A DNA stretch of 59,318 nucleotides, filler included. It is 4 parts of 4 records of this genome, joined end to end, with 100 filler letters (N's around TTAATTAATTAA, not from the genome) between each part and the next. Parts side by side here need not be neighbours in the genome. Positions count along the whole stretch, not along the records: positions 1 to 19,253 come from SRR31156797_7059; positions 19,354 to 31,733 come from SRR31156797_7062; 2 more parts are not named here. One strand, given 5' to 3'. Below are positions 10,901-22,206 of the stretch, piece after piece; position 1 is the first letter of the stretch; every line of letters starts with the position of its first letter. A model generated the notes under the pieces. The model ran no database searches and was not told the origin of the DNA. It saw only the letters and a list, made by a program, of their open reading frames with translations. The translations under genes and the position numbers were made by a program.

Positions 10901-11150
10901 CCGTATGCTTATCCCAATGGCTATATCATTGGCATACGGAATTCTATTCGGTACATTCTTTATTTTGATATTACTACCGCATTTCATTCAGTTGTCAAAC
11001 AGCCTGCATTTGAATTGGGTAAGATTAACGAAGCGTCAGAACCCAATACCAGAAGATCTGGAGGTAGCATTAATCAACCATCGTATTGATCAAACATTAA
11101 AAAAGAATATGGCCATTGATTTCAAAAATGGAACATCAGAAGACGCATAA
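7929..11150 (+). CDS. RND efflux permease (AcrB/AcrD/AcrF family)
   Basis: About 1070 aa; YPGATPKEME, GILVDDGIVIGENI, RFRAIFLTTVTT. Confidence 0.95.
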   Translation: MKKIVSLFVKYPFYGKMFIAALVLIGGISLYSMKKATFPLMESHNITITVSYPGATPKEMEEGVTTLVENAIRGLAGIKEFSSESRENVATVSITALSNYDIDELLYEIKNAVDGISNFPAAAEKPIVIKQRRTDMAAFLSVHGKNDDLIALNKAVKRIEDDFLATGIITQINILGLPQKMEISVELDETTLQRYQITMEEIKSAISANNNDIHGGTIKNEREELLVLSRQRSVDPDDIKNIVVKSDQHGNNILVKDLANVTLQFEETPGASYVNGQRNAVIFLSKLNNEDLEEISDFVNNYIEEYNAMENGYSIDIMFDFHNLVNNQLNLLINNGLIGVILVIIMLSLLLNVRLSFWVAWGIPASFLGMFVVAALSGVTLNMISLFGMILIIGILVDDGIVIGENIFTHHEMGKSPRRAAIDGTMEVLPAVFTSVATTIIAFMPLFFIEGGLEMMYEMAFVVVVSLIFSLIEGMFVLPSHLVASNALKPIKKKSIYGKIRKGTDKFIFGFRDKIYAPFVSWSLKRKFASFTIAISLFVVTGGMLLGGVIPFTFFPPAPADMFTIDMALKPGTNQELTLEKLNYIEKTIWEANEKIREEQGDTISYVKVTEVSVGSAFSGGESGTHAGMVRVFLNKIDETNVTEDIVKQRISKELGKIPEAYKLGVGASNRFGAPVSISLMGYDLDQLNGAKNDLINELEQMTSLYNIVDNSQLGSQEIRLTLKPQAYSLGLNQQTLMSQVRNAYYGSLAQRMQEGKEEIWIYVRYPLENRETIGELEQMQIRTAKGTFPLSQVANLEFERSLNKINRYNGRREIRVEAYMKDQEESVLPIISTVDEDIMPTILEKYPDIDYMHQGQQKDTNEEMGSMMTYFGIAFLIIVIIIMLYFKSARQGILVLSMIPFGILGAIWGHGIHGETFSLMSMWGLVAMSGTIINDAIVYMSKYNQNIVKGMTVAKASFEAGKARFRAIFLTTVTTTAGLMPLILEGSSDARMLIPMAISLAYGILFGTFFILILLPHFIQLSNSLHLNWVRLTKRQNPIPEDLEVALINHRIDQTLKKNMAIDFKNGTSEDA

Positions 11151-11162
11151 AAATCATAGAAA

Positions 11163-12479
11163 ATGAAAAAAATACTTATCATATTAACCATGTTGGTTAG
11201 TGGGACATTGGCAGCACAAGAGGCTGCCGATAGTCTCTCTCTTGAGCAAGCAGTTTCCATCGCATTAAAAAACAATTATGGAATTGTGATTGGAAAACTT
11301 AACTACGAACAGATACAAATCAATAATAATTGGGGCAACACAGGTGCATTACCAACACTTTCCGGTTCAGGAAATCTTTCCAAAGGTTATGAGTGGATGG
11401 ATACGGATGACTCCGAAAGTGTAACCTCATCAGCAAGTTTGAATTTGAATTGGGTTATTTTCAGAGGATTCTCGGCCAGAATTACCAAAAAACAATTGGA
11501 AAAACAAGAATCGCTGTCGAAAGGAAACTTGAATCTGATTGTTGAAAACACACTTATATCTGTCATACATACCTATTATCAGGTGCTTTTGGAAAAAGAA
11601 AATTTGAATTTTGCTGAAAAAACAGTACAACTTTCAAAGGACAGATATGAGCAAGCTAAAATGAAAAAAGAGATGGGAAGCAGCAATTCTTATGAACTTT
11701 TATTGGCTCAAAATACATGGTTAGAAGATCAATCGAGCTACCTTTCTGCAAAAGCAAATTATCAATTGGCAAAGCGACAGCTCAATTACTTAATGGCAGT
11801 GCCACTAGATACTGCAATTAGGGTTTCTGACAGTTTTGAAGCACCTGAAAACAACTACATGTTAAATGAACTTACAGACCGTATGCTAGCCAATAACTAT
11901 ACACTCAAAAACCAATATTTAAACGTAGAAATGGCCAAATTGGAAACAAGGCAAACCAAAAGCAATTTTGCGCCGGTCATTTCCGGAAATCTGAGTAGCG
12001 GATACACAGATTACGAAAAAGAATATACACCCAATCCAATGCTCGATCAAAGTACTTCAGGATGGAACACCACAGCCAGTGTTGGTTTGACTTTCAATAT
12101 TTACGAAGGAGGAACCCGTAAGCGTGCACTTAAAATTGCCGAGATGAATGAAGAAGTTGTAAAGACTGAAACCACAGAGAAACAACAAGAACTTAAAAAG
12201 CAATTGGCTCAGGAATTTGACTTGTACAACATCAATAAAGAGTTGCTGAAAGTGGCTGAAGAAAACTTAAAAGCAGCTGAGTTAAACTACAAATTATCAG
12301 AAGAAAAATTCAATGTAGGTGCCATTAATAGCTTCAATTTCAGAGATGTACAACAAATATACACCAATGCTACGAATATGTATAACCAACGGGTATTCAA
12401 TGTAATAGCCAGCAATTTGGCATTGTTACAGCTCACCGGAGGAGTTGTAGATACTTACCAGGCAGAAGATAAAGAATAG
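11163..12479 (+). CDS. TolC-family outer membrane factor
   Basis: Signal peptide, LSLEQAVSIALKNN, duplicated OEP pattern; third gene of the RND operon. Confidence 0.9.
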   Translation: MKKILIILTMLVSGTLAAQEAADSLSLEQAVSIALKNNYGIVIGKLNYEQIQINNNWGNTGALPTLSGSGNLSKGYEWMDTDDSESVTSSASLNLNWVIFRGFSARITKKQLEKQESLSKGNLNLIVENTLISVIHTYYQVLLEKENLNFAEKTVQLSKDRYEQAKMKKEMGSSNSYELLLAQNTWLEDQSSYLSAKANYQLAKRQLNYLMAVPLDTAIRVSDSFEAPENNYMLNELTDRMLANNYTLKNQYLNVEMAKLETRQTKSNFAPVISGNLSSGYTDYEKEYTPNPMLDQSTSGWNTTASVGLTFNIYEGGTRKRALKIAEMNEEVVKTETTEKQQELKKQLAQEFDLYNINKELLKVAEENLKAAELNYKLSEEKFNVGAINSFNFRDVQQIYTNATNMYNQRVFNVIASNLALLQLTGGVVDTYQAEDKE

Positions 12480-12500
12480 AGCATAATAATGCCGTCGTGC

Positions 12501-12550
12501 AAAGCCGCAACTAAAAATTGAAAGGGGTTTCATGGTTAGTTGCGGCTTTT
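12501..12550 (+). terminator. Terminator-like inverted repeat after tolC
   Basis: AAAGCCGCAACTAA ... TTAGTTGCGGCTTTT. Confidence 0.7.
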
Positions 12551-12560
12551 AACATTCAAT

Positions 12561-12833
12561 AAGCTGCCCTTACAGGGCGCTGATCTGTTATCGGACTTAT
12601 TACCCATGGCGCTGCCATGGGTTTAAATGAATTGCCCTTTCAGGGTATTATAAAGAAAGAGAATGTAACCAGTAGTTGTCAGATTGAAGCGAGATTTTAA
12701 CCAGATCTGAGGAAAAGTCTCAATTGCACTAACCTGAGACTTTATAGCGGGCTGAAGGCCCATCTTATTTTAACCTGAGGCAGCGTCTCAGGATTAAGGA
12801 CTGATATTAATTGGCGCCTTGCAAGGACAACTT
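12561..12833. repeat. Inverted pair of about 90-nt REP-like multi-hairpin elements
   Basis: Copy 1 at 12561-12648 (+) and copy 2 at about 12744-12833 (-) have the same three-hairpin layout, with a central hairpin AAAGTCTCA...TGAGACTTT at 12714-12743. Confidence 0.75.
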
Positions 12834-13202
12834 ATGAAATCCATCCCATTTTGAACAATATAAAAATCAAACTGTTCCTTACTTGAACCATTATAATGTT
12901 CATATGAAAAGTATATTTAATGAAAAGACCAACTGGTTTGATTTACTCCTAACTACTCGGGCTGGTTTTTTCTTGATTACAAAGTTCTTTTCTCCACAAC
13001 TTATAAAAATTCAAAATAGATTTTACCATACTCAAAACTCACACTATCCACCTAAATATCAGGATAGTTATAGTGATTTATGACACAGAGGGTTATTTGA
13101 AGTATTTAAATATGTGAAAAATTTAATTATATTAGCAAACATTAAAATATGTAAATGATTAAACTGTTACATATTCATAACGTTGAATAAATAAATCTGC
13201 CT

Positions 13203-14711
13203 ATGATAAAGAAAGTTTTAGTGGCCAATAGGGGCGAAATTGCAGTGCGTGTTATGCGTACATGTCGTGAAATGGGAATACGTACAGTTGCCGTTTATTC
13301 CGATGCAGATCGCCGATCAATGCATGTGCGATATGCCGATGAAGCAATACACATTGGGCCGGCACCTTCTCGAGAAAGCTATTTGAGAATGGACAAGATT
13401 TTAGAAGTGGCTAAGCAAACCAAAGCTGATGCCATCCATCCCGGTTATGGTTTCTTATCTGAAAATGCAGAGTTTTCAGAGGCTTGTAAAAAAGAAGGAA
13501 TCATTTTTATTGGTCCCGATGCGCATGCCATTAATACAATGGGTGATAAAATCTCAGCTCGTAAAACTATGGAAGCTGCTGGTGTACCAATCGTGCCTGG
13601 AACACTAAATCCTATTGATGATGAGGATGAAGCAATTACTAAAATCAAGGAAATTGGTCTGCCGGTAATGATAAAAGCTTCTGCCGGTGGTGGTGGTAAA
13701 GGAATGCGTATGGTGAAAGAAGAGAAAGACATCGTGTCGGCTATTCGCAGTGCTCGTTCTGAGGCGCTTGACGCATTTAATGATGGCAGTGTTTACATCG
13801 AAAAGTATATTCAGTCGCCTCACCATATTGAGTTTCAAATTTTAGCTGATAATCATGGGAATGCGTTACATTTATTTGAGCGCGAATGTTCTGTGCAACG
13901 TAGGCACCAGAAAGTAGTTGAAGAAACTCCTTCTCCATTATTGAATCAGAAAGTGAGAATGAAAATGGGAGAAGATGCTGTAAATGCAGCAAAAGCTGTA
14001 AACTATAGTGGTGCAGGAACAGTTGAGTTTGTGATGGATGATGACCTCAATTATTATTTCCTTGAAATGAATACACGCTTGCAGGTTGAGCATCCTATTA
14101 CTGAGCGTGTGGTGGGGGTTGATCTGGTAAAAGAGCAGATCAATATTGCCAATAACGAAAAGTTATCTTTCAAACAAGAAGATTTGATGCAGCATGGACA
14201 CGCTATTGAGTGTCGTATTTATGCAGAAGATCCTGATAATAATTTTATGCCCAGTCCTGGTGTAATAAAACACATTACTGAGCCTTTAGGTGTAGGTGTT
14301 CGTACGGATGGTTACGTGTATGAAGGATTTGAAATCCCAATGCATTATGACCCTATGATCTCTAAATTGATTGTATGGGGAGCCAATCGCGATCATGCTA
14401 TTGCGCGTATGAAAAGAGCATTGTATGAGTATAAAATTACCGGTGTAAAAACATCTATTCGTTTCCTTGAAAAGGTAATGGAGCACAAAGTGTTTCAATC
14501 TGGTAAATACAATACCACATTCATTGACAAGTATGGTGATGATCTTTTCGAAAAAGAAGAATGTAAAGGTGAATGTCAGGATATGGCCATTATTGCTGCC
14601 TTTCTTGATTATCAGCATAAGCTGGCCAAAGCGAAACCACCTAAGCATGGTGGCCAAATGACCAATAATTGGAAAGCTTACGGACGACGTAGAATTAAAA
14701 TCAGAATCTAA
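13203..14711 (+). CDS. accC: Biotin carboxylase subunit of acetyl/propionyl-CoA carboxylase
   Basis: VLVANRGEIA, HPGYGFLSEN, GGGGKGMR, ERECSVQRRHQK, EMNTRLQVEH. Confidence 0.95.
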   Translation: MIKKVLVANRGEIAVRVMRTCREMGIRTVAVYSDADRRSMHVRYADEAIHIGPAPSRESYLRMDKILEVAKQTKADAIHPGYGFLSENAEFSEACKKEGIIFIGPDAHAINTMGDKISARKTMEAAGVPIVPGTLNPIDDEDEAITKIKEIGLPVMIKASAGGGGKGMRMVKEEKDIVSAIRSARSEALDAFNDGSVYIEKYIQSPHHIEFQILADNHGNALHLFERECSVQRRHQKVVEETPSPLLNQKVRMKMGEDAVNAAKAVNYSGAGTVEFVMDDDLNYYFLEMNTRLQVEHPITERVVGVDLVKEQINIANNEKLSFKQEDLMQHGHAIECRIYAEDPDNNFMPSPGVIKHITEPLGVGVRTDGYVYEGFEIPMHYDPMISKLIVWGANRDHAIARMKRALYEYKITGVKTSIRFLEKVMEHKVFQSGKYNTTFIDKYGDDLFEKEECKGECQDMAIIAAFLDYQHKLAKAKPPKHGGQMTNNWKAYGRRRIKIRI

Positions 14712-14722
14712 ATCCCGGAATT

Positions 14723-15229
14723 ATGTCATTAGAAATAAAATTAAACGATAGAACCGCTAATGTGGATCAAATTAGTGTTGATGGTTCAAAGTATTTGATT
14801 CGTGTCGATGATAAAACATATGAGGTTGATGCTATTGAAGTTGAAAAAGGTGTATACTCATTTCTGCACAAAGGCAAATCCTATAATATTGAGGTAATTG
14901 AGGGAGAGAATAGTAAGAATTTCTCTGTCAATACATGGCACGATAGCTACACAGTAGACATCATTGATGCTGAACGTAAATACCTGATGAGCAGAAATTC
15001 AGGCGAAAGTGATGATGAAAGACACATCAAAGTGCCTATGCCTGGTAAAGTAGTAAGAGTACCTGTAAAAGTAGGAGATGAGGTAAAGGCAGGTGATACT
15101 GTTGCTGTGGTATCTGCCATGAAAATGGAAAGTGAGTATAAAGTAAAACAAGACCGTGTAATTAAAGAGGTATTGGTAAAAGAAGGTGATATTGTTAAAG
15201 GAGGCCAAACAATGGTTATTGTAGAATAA
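14723..15229 (+). CDS. Biotin carboxyl carrier protein
   Basis: PMPGKV and AMKME biotinylation motif. Confidence 0.93.
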   Translation: MSLEIKLNDRTANVDQISVDGSKYLIRVDDKTYEVDAIEVEKGVYSFLHKGKSYNIEVIEGENSKNFSVNTWHDSYTVDIIDAERKYLMSRNSGESDDERHIKVPMPGKVVRVPVKVGDEVKAGDTVAVVSAMKMESEYKVKQDRVIKEVLVKEGDIVKGGQTMVIVE

Positions 15230-15298
15230 TCCAACATCCAGTATCCAACATCCAATATCCAACATCAAATATCCAAGATCTATTATCCAAAATCTATT
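15229..15298 (+). repeat. Ten tandem degenerate heptamers (ATCCAAC-like)
   Basis: ATCCAAC ATCCAGT ATCCAAC ATCCAAT ATCCAAC ATCAAAT ATCCAAG ATCTATT ATCCAAA ATCTATT fill the whole intergenic gap. Confidence 0.9.
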
Positions 15299-15302
15299 AA
15301 AA

Positions 15303-16835
15303 ATGAGTATACAGAAAAAATTCGATAAATTAGAACAACGCACCAAAGAAGCCATGTTAGGTGGAGGTGAAGAAAGAATAGAGAAACAACATAAAGCAGG
15401 TCGATTGACGGCTCGTGAACGTATTGATTTATTACTCGACAAAAATACGTTTGTGGAGGTAGATCGTTTTATGACCCACCGTAACCAAAATTTTAAAATG
15501 GAGAAATTCTTTGGAGATGGTGTTGTAACAGGTTACGGAAAAATAGATGACCGTTTGGTTTATGTGTTTGCACAGGACTTTACGGTTTATGGTGGTACAT
15601 TAAGTCGCGCTAATGCCGATAAGGTGGTGAAAATCATGCAAATGGCATTGAAGATGGGCGCTCCGGTTATTGGATTAAACGACAGTGGTGGTGCACGTAT
15701 TCAGGAAGGTGTGGAGAGTTTAGCCGGATACGCTGATATTTTCCACCTAAATGTGCGCTCATCAGGAGTAATACCTCAAATTTCTGCTATTCTTGGGCCA
15801 TGTGCCGGTGGTGCTGTGTACAGTCCGGCATTGACTGATTTCATCATGATGGTTCAGAAATCAAGCTACATGTTTGTAACCGGACCGGATGTAATTAAAA
15901 CTGTTACGCATGAGGAAGTAACGAAAGAAGAATTAGGTGGTGCAATGACGCACAATTCAAAAAGTGGTGTGGCACACATGATGGCTGAAGATGATGAAAA
16001 GGCCATGATGATGTTGCGTGAATTGATGAGCTTCTTACCATCAAATAATATGGAAGATCCTCCAATTAAACCTTGTACGGATGATGTTCACCGCGAGGAT
16101 AATTCGCTGCAGGAATTGGTCCCTGATGACCCAAACAAACCTTATGATATCAAAGATATTATTACAACTGTAGTTGATGACAAAAACTTTTTTGAAATCA
16201 TGCCACACTATGCTCAGAATATAGTGGTTGGGTTTGCTCGTATGGGAGGTCGTCCGGTTGGGATTGTAGCCAACCAGCCTGCTCACCTTGCCGGAGTGTT
16301 GGATATTGAATCAAGTATGAAAGGCGCTCGCTTTGTGCGTTTCTGCGATTCATTTAATATTCCGCTAATTACTTTCGAAGATGTTCCGGGATTCTTACCG
16401 GGAACTGATCAGGAGTTTGGTGGAATTATTAAGCATGGAGCTAAATTATTGTATGCGTTCTCAGAAGCAACAGTTCCAAAAATTACAATTATTACGCGAA
16501 AAGCCTATGGTGGAGCTTATGATGTAATGGCAAGTAAGCATATTGGTGCCGATGTGAATTTGGCTTATCCAACAGCTGAAATTGCTGTGATGGGACCGGA
16601 AGGAGCTGTAAATATTATCTACAGAAAAGATAACCTAAACGAAGAAGAGCGCAAGCAAAAAGTGGAAGAATACAAAGAGAAGTTTGCCAGTCCTTACCGA
16701 GCTGCTGAATTGGGTTATATTGATGAAATTATTTACCCAAAACAAACCCGACCGAAAATTATCGCAGCCCTCGAAATGACCCAAAATAAAACAGAGGCTA
16801 TGCCGCCTAAAAAACACGGAAATATACCGTTATAA
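15303..16835 (+). CDS. pccB: Acyl-CoA carboxylase carboxyltransferase (PccB/MmdA type)
   Basis: [47 protein letters not shown]. Confidence 0.9.
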   Translation: MSIQKKFDKLEQRTKEAMLGGGEERIEKQHKAGRLTARERIDLLLDKNTFVEVDRFMTHRNQNFKMEKFFGDGVVTGYGKIDDRLVYVFAQDFTVYGGTLSRANADKVVKIMQMALKMGAPVIGLNDSGGARIQEGVESLAGYADIFHLNVRSSGVIPQISAILGPCAGGAVYSPALTDFIMMVQKSSYMFVTGPDVIKTVTHEEVTKEELGGAMTHNSKSGVAHMMAEDDEKAMMMLRELMSFLPSNNMEDPPIKPCTDDVHREDNSLQELVPDDPNKPYDIKDIITTVVDDKNFFEIMPHYAQNIVVGFARMGGRPVGIVANQPAHLAGVLDIESSMKGARFVRFCDSFNIPLITFEDVPGFLPGTDQEFGGIIKHGAKLLYAFSEATVPKITIITRKAYGGAYDVMASKHIGADVNLAYPTAEIAVMGPEGAVNIIYRKDNLNEEERKQKVEEYKEKFASPYRAAELGYIDEIIYPKQTRPKIIAALEMTQNKTEAMPPKKHGNIPL

Positions 16836-16841
16836 TAACCT

Positions 16842-16872
16842 GAGCCGAAGCAAATGTTTCGGCTCTTTTTTT
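16842..16872 (+). terminator. Rho-independent terminator after pccB
   Basis: GAGCCGAAGC-aaat-GTTTCGGCTC followed by a T-tract. Confidence 0.85.
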
Positions 16873-16912
16873 GAATTCATTTTCATTATATTTGCTTTCA
16901 ACTTAATTCTAT

Positions 16913-19253
16913 ATGAAGCAATTCGGAATCGGGTATTTATTAATATTTTTTGTTCTTAGCTTTAATGCAGAGGGGCAAAAACCATTGAAACATTTTAATG
17001 TTGATAATGGACTTTTAAGCTCAGAGACTTATCAGGTTGTTCAAGATCACAAAGGTTATATTTGGATTACTACAGATGGTGGTGTCAGTAAGTTTAACGG
17101 TAATACATTTAAGCATTTTAGCAGTGCTGAGGGTTTAACTGAAAGTACTGTACTTGAATTGTTTGAGGATAGTAAAAACCGGATGTGGTTTGTAATGATC
17201 ACTAACGAATTGGCTTATGTTGAGAATGATACAATACATATATTTCCATATAATGATTCTATTTCTTTACATAATGATAAAGAGCGTTTTCCATTAAAAA
17301 AGAGCTTTTATGTAGATAGTCTGGATAATGTGTATGTTGGATTATATTTTAACGACATTTTTCAAATATCTTCTGATGGAGAATTTAAAAAAGTTATTCC
17401 TAAGGGCAAAGGTGTAAATACTATTTTCAAGATTGAAGATAAGTACATGTTTACCGCAAAAAAGAGAACTGAAAAGAAACATTCAAAAGATAAGCAGGAG
17501 CTTAACGCATTTTTTGAAGTTTACCATCCATTTCTAAAAGATTCATTAATGCATTTTAGATCAATTAGAACAAATGCAAGAACTATTCTTGAGGAATATA
17601 ATGGAAAGATTTTATATACTGATTATAATAAGTTATTTGTATTCAACGAGGATGGAACATATAATGAGCATTATTTTGAGCATGATATATTATGGCTTTC
17701 AAAAGACAAGTTGAATAATTTGTGGTTTGGCTTTCATTATGGTGGAGCAGTCGTATATGAAGATTTGAGTTTTACACAAAAGAAATACCATATTTTGCCA
17801 AACTCGTCTGTATCATCTGTGCTTTGCGATAATGAGGGAGGTTATTGGTTTAGTACCTTAAACAATGGAGTATATCTGTATTCCTCTTTAGCATATAAAA
17901 ACTATGGACAGGATAATGGTATAAGCGTTATACCTATAACAGAAATAGAATCATATAAAAACAGTATCATATGCGCTGGAGTTGGTGATCAATATTATAC
18001 AATTACGGATAATCAGGTTTTTACAAATAGAATTAATCTCGATATAAAACCTGCTAATTGTAAACTTATGAGTGTTTATGGTGACTCAATTTTTATGAGT
18101 TTCAATTTAAATCCGAATTATTTAATCTATCAAAATAGTATAAAAGATTTGAGAGTCCCCAGCTATGCTACAGCTATTTTACCATATGATGACATTAGTT
18201 TATTTTTTCATAGAAGAAGCATCAAAGCTCTAAAAGATAGAAAGATTTCTTCTGCGCATTTTGACGAGTTTAACGAAGTTTATGATGCCATAAAGTATAA
18301 TGATACTTTGGCCTGGCTTGTTACAAATAATGGACTTTTTCAGTATGATTTAAATAGAAAGAATTTATTACGACCCAGACAAAGTAGTAAGCTTACTAAC
18401 CGATCCAACTCAATTTCAAAAGATAAAGAAGGAATTGTTTGGTTTACTTCAAAAAATCGAATATTGAGCATTTCAGACAGTATTGTAAATAGCTTTACTT
18501 CGCCGATATTAAGGAATAGTTCAATTAGTTGCCATTTGGTTATTGATTCTTTGCTTTTTGTTGGAACAAATAATGGAATATTTCGATTCAAAAAAATCAA
18601 GGATTCTGTAATAGTTGAAAGTGGAAACCGAATTCATAGTGGATCCGGCTTATTAAATAATGAAGTTTATGATATTGATTATGCTGAAGGATATATATAT
18701 GCAGCTACATCAAAAGGAGTAAGCTCATTTCCTGTGCATCAGCAAAAAGCTAAATCACCACTTTATATTGATAAAGTATTGATTAATGGGAAAGATACAG
18801 CCATATTTCCTTATTACGAATTGTCCTATAATCAAAATTATATTGATTTTCAGTTTGTAGCATTGAATTTTCAAAGAAACGAACCAATAGTCTATCAATA
18901 TAAATTGGAAGGTATTGACAGGTCCTGGAGAGAAACAAAAGAAAGTAAAATTCAATACGCACTTTTACCACCCGGCAAATATTCTTTTCAAGTAAAAGCA
19001 ATTAATTCATTTGGGATAGTGAGCGAATTAGAAGATCCCATTTCTATTACTATTCATAAAGCATTCTATAATACAATTTGGTTTCAGGTTCTGGTTGTTT
19101 TGGTTTTTCTATTATTGGTTACTGCTATTTTCTTATCAATTTTACGTGTAAGACTTCGCGAGGCCAATAAACGTTATCTAGTTGAACAAAAACTGAATCA
19201 AAGCCGCCAACAAGCTTTGAGTGCTCAAATGAATCCTCATTTTATATATAATT
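16913..19253 (+). CDS. Beta-propeller/YYY-domain LytS-type sensor kinase, truncated at contig end
   Basis: Reg_prop repeats (QDHKGYIWITTDGG), YYY domain (YQYKLEGIDRSW...LPPGKYSF), TM helix, then AQMNPHFIYN at the gap; TATATTTG -7 element at 16887-16894. Confidence 0.9.
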
Positions 19254-19353
19254 NNNNNNNNNNNNNNNNNNNNNNNNNNNNNNNNNNNNNNNNNNNNTTA
19301 ATTAATTAANNNNNNNNNNNNNNNNNNNNNNNNNNNNNNNNNNNNNNNNNNNN
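19254..19353. other. Artificial contig linker (N44-TTAATTAATTAA-N44)
   Basis: Six-frame stop linker; composition jumps from AT-rich to GC-rich across it. Confidence 0.97.
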
Positions 19354-22076
19354 TCGAGCACGGCATTGAGAAGGGTCCCATCGTCAGCGGGATGGGCAAG
19401 ATTCTCGCCTACTATCTCGAGGGGGACGGGCACGACATCACCGACCTGCGGACGATTCAGGACTGGGTGGTCAAACGCAGCCTCCAGACCGTCCCGGGCG
19501 TCGGTCAGGTTCTCAGCCAGGGAGGGTATGTCAGACAATACCAGGTCCGTATCGCTCCCGAACAGCTCCTCAAGTACGACCTGACCATCGATGAGGTGGT
19601 CGAGGCCGTTCGGAACAACAACCTCAATATGGGGGCCGGTCTGATCGAGCGCGGCGCCGAGGAATTGATGGTCCGGACGCTGGGGCTCCTCAGCGATGCC
19701 AACGATATCGAAGGGATCGTCATCAAGAGCGTCCGGGGCAATCCGGTTCACGTCCGGGACGTCGCCTCGGTGGAGTTCGGCAATGCTTTCCGGCGCGGCG
19801 TTGCTTCCATCGACGATCAGAAGGAGATTGTGGTCGGGAATATTTACAAACTGCACGGCTCCAATTCTTTTGAAGTCATCCGCCGCATCAAGGAGCGGAT
19901 CGAGCAGATCAATCAGACGCTTCCGGAGGGTGTGAAGGTCGTGCCGTTCCACGACCAGTCGGCCCTGGTGAAAAACAGTATCGATACGGTCAGAAACTCC
20001 CTCGTGGTGGGATTGGTTCTGGTGTGTGTGGTCGCCTTCGTCTTCCTGGGGAACCTCCGTAACGCCTTGATCATGGTCTTCTCCCTGCCGTTTGCGATCC
20101 TGCTGACGTTCTCCCTGATGTATCGCTACCGGATGCCCGGCGATCTGATCTCGTTTGGAGGCGTGGCCATTGCTCTGGGTATGATCATCGACGCCACCAT
20201 CATCATGGTGGAGAAGATCCAGGCATCTCTGCAAGACCCGAAGGCCGAGCGCTCCACCGCCGAGGTCATCATCGAGACCAGCAAGGAAGTCGGCAAACCG
20301 ATATTCTTTGCCGTCGCGATCATCATTCTTGTCTTCCTGCCGATCTTCACACTCCAGGAGGTGGAGGGCAAGATGTTCCGGCCTCTCGCCTTCTCTGTGA
20401 CCGTCACGATGCTGGGTTCGCTCGTCTACGCCCTGGTCGTGGCCCCGGTCTTTTACAGTGTCCTGCACAAGAAGACGCACGCCGAGCGGACGAAGGCGCA
20501 GCAGGAATCCGCCTTTCATCGCGCCTATCGGAGAGTCCTCGAACTGACTTTGGGTCGAGCGGCAGCGGTCTTGAGCGTGGCTGTTCTGTTGCTGGCACTT
20601 GGCGCCGCGACGTTCACGACGTTGGGAAAGGAGTTCATTCCGACGCTCCAGGAAGGGTCCGTCCAGATTCTCGCGCACATGAATCCCAATATCTCCCTGA
20701 AGGAGATCAGCCAGGTAACACGGAAACTGGAAGGCGAGGTTGCGGCCCTGCCGGAAGTCCGGCAGGTGGTGTCCGAGATCGGCTATGGCGAAGTCGGCCC
20801 GCACATGCACCACACCAACTTCGCCTGCCTTACCGTCGAGCTGCATCCGCGCAAGCAGTGGGGCACCGTGGCAACGCAAGAGGCGCTGGTTGCGAAGATG
20901 GACGAGGCACTCGCCGGCTATCCTGGTGTTTCCATCAGTTTCTCGCAACCGATCCAACACGAGATCGATGGACTGGTGGCCGGCGCCGGCACTCAGGTGG
21001 TGGCCAAACTCTTCGGGCCCGACCTTGAAGTGCTGGAAGAGAAAGTGACACAGGTTGAAGAGGTCCTGGCGCACGTACCGGGGGCGGTCGATGTGAGAAC
21101 GGAGCAGTATTCCGGTCAGACCCAGGTCCAGATCCAGCTCGATCGACACCAGATTGCTCGTCACGGGCTCAGCGGCTATCAGGTTCAGCACACGATCCAC
21201 GACGCCGTGGGCGGGGAGATCGTCGGTGCCGTGCTCGATGGAGAGAAGAGCTTCGGTATCAATGTCCGATTCGACAAGCCCTACCGAAACGACGTGGACG
21301 CCATCGGCAGCCTGCTGGTGCGCACGCCATCGGGGTACACCGTGCCGGTCAAACAGCTCGCCCGCGTTCACACTGTCACGGGGCTGCGCCAGATCAGCCG
21401 CGAGGACACGCGCCGGTACATCTCCGTGCAATGCAACGTGCGCGGTCGCGATGCGGGCCGCTTTGTGGAAGAGGCACGCCGCGCCGTGGCCGAGCAGGTG
21501 GATCTGCCCGCTGGATACGAGCTGGCCTGGGGCGGGCAGTTCGAGTTGCGCCAAGCGGCCAACAAGCGGCTTGCGATCATCGTGCCGATCACGCTGGCGC
21601 TGGTCCTCATCATGTTGTATGGCATGTTCAACTCGGCCAAGAACGTCCTGCTGATCGTTCTGAACATCCCATTGGCCTTCGTCGGTGGTGTGTTCGCACT
21701 CGCTTTGCTGGGCGGCAATCTGAGCATTCCCTCTTCGATCGGATTCATTGCCCTCTTCGGGATTGCGCTGACGGATGGGCTCGTGCTGGTCTCCCACTTC
21801 GAGTTCCTGCGCCGCACCGGTTTGCCGCTGAGGCAGGCGGTGGTCAGCGGGTCGCTCTCGAAGCTCCGGCCTGTCATTATGACCACCGTGACCACGGCAC
21901 TCGGACTGTTGCCGCTCATCCTGGCCACCGGGATTGGCTCGGAAGTGCAACGACCGCTGGCGATCGTGGTCGTTGGAGGTCTCTCGTCATCGACCCTTCT
22001 GACGCTGATCGTCCTGCCTGCGCTGTACGTGCTGGCCCACGACGACCGCGCGCCGGCGGTGAAACCTCTGACCTGA
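19354..22076 (+). CDS. CusA/CzcA-type heavy-metal RND permease, 5'-truncated
   Basis: The frame is open back to the gap (EHGIEKGPIVSGMG); LRTIQDWVVK, GMIIDATIIMVE, EGKMFRPLA, GSEVQRPLAIVVVGGL. Confidence 0.93.
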
Positions 22077-22206
22077 CGAAGGCACGCGAAGGGCATCGCA
22101 TCACACCAGCGTATTCACGTCAGCGGCAATTCTGCTATAATCGCGGCGAAGATCGCCCCGACGGGGCTTTGAGCAAAAAGGCAGCGGCAACCGATTGGAG
22201 TGCGGC

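Noticed and set aside
12883-13083. 66-aa ORF upstream of accC
   Set aside because: TTG start, AT-rich intergenic composition and no motif support.
15229-15298. Short repeat arrays as CRISPR
   Set aside because: Tandem 7-mers without unique spacers, and no cas genes anywhere in the window.
19302-21950. 882-aa minus-strand ORF (likewise 27101-28780 and 29722-31728)
   Set aside because: Antisense shadows of well-supported genes in GC-rich DNA, with no recognisable motifs.
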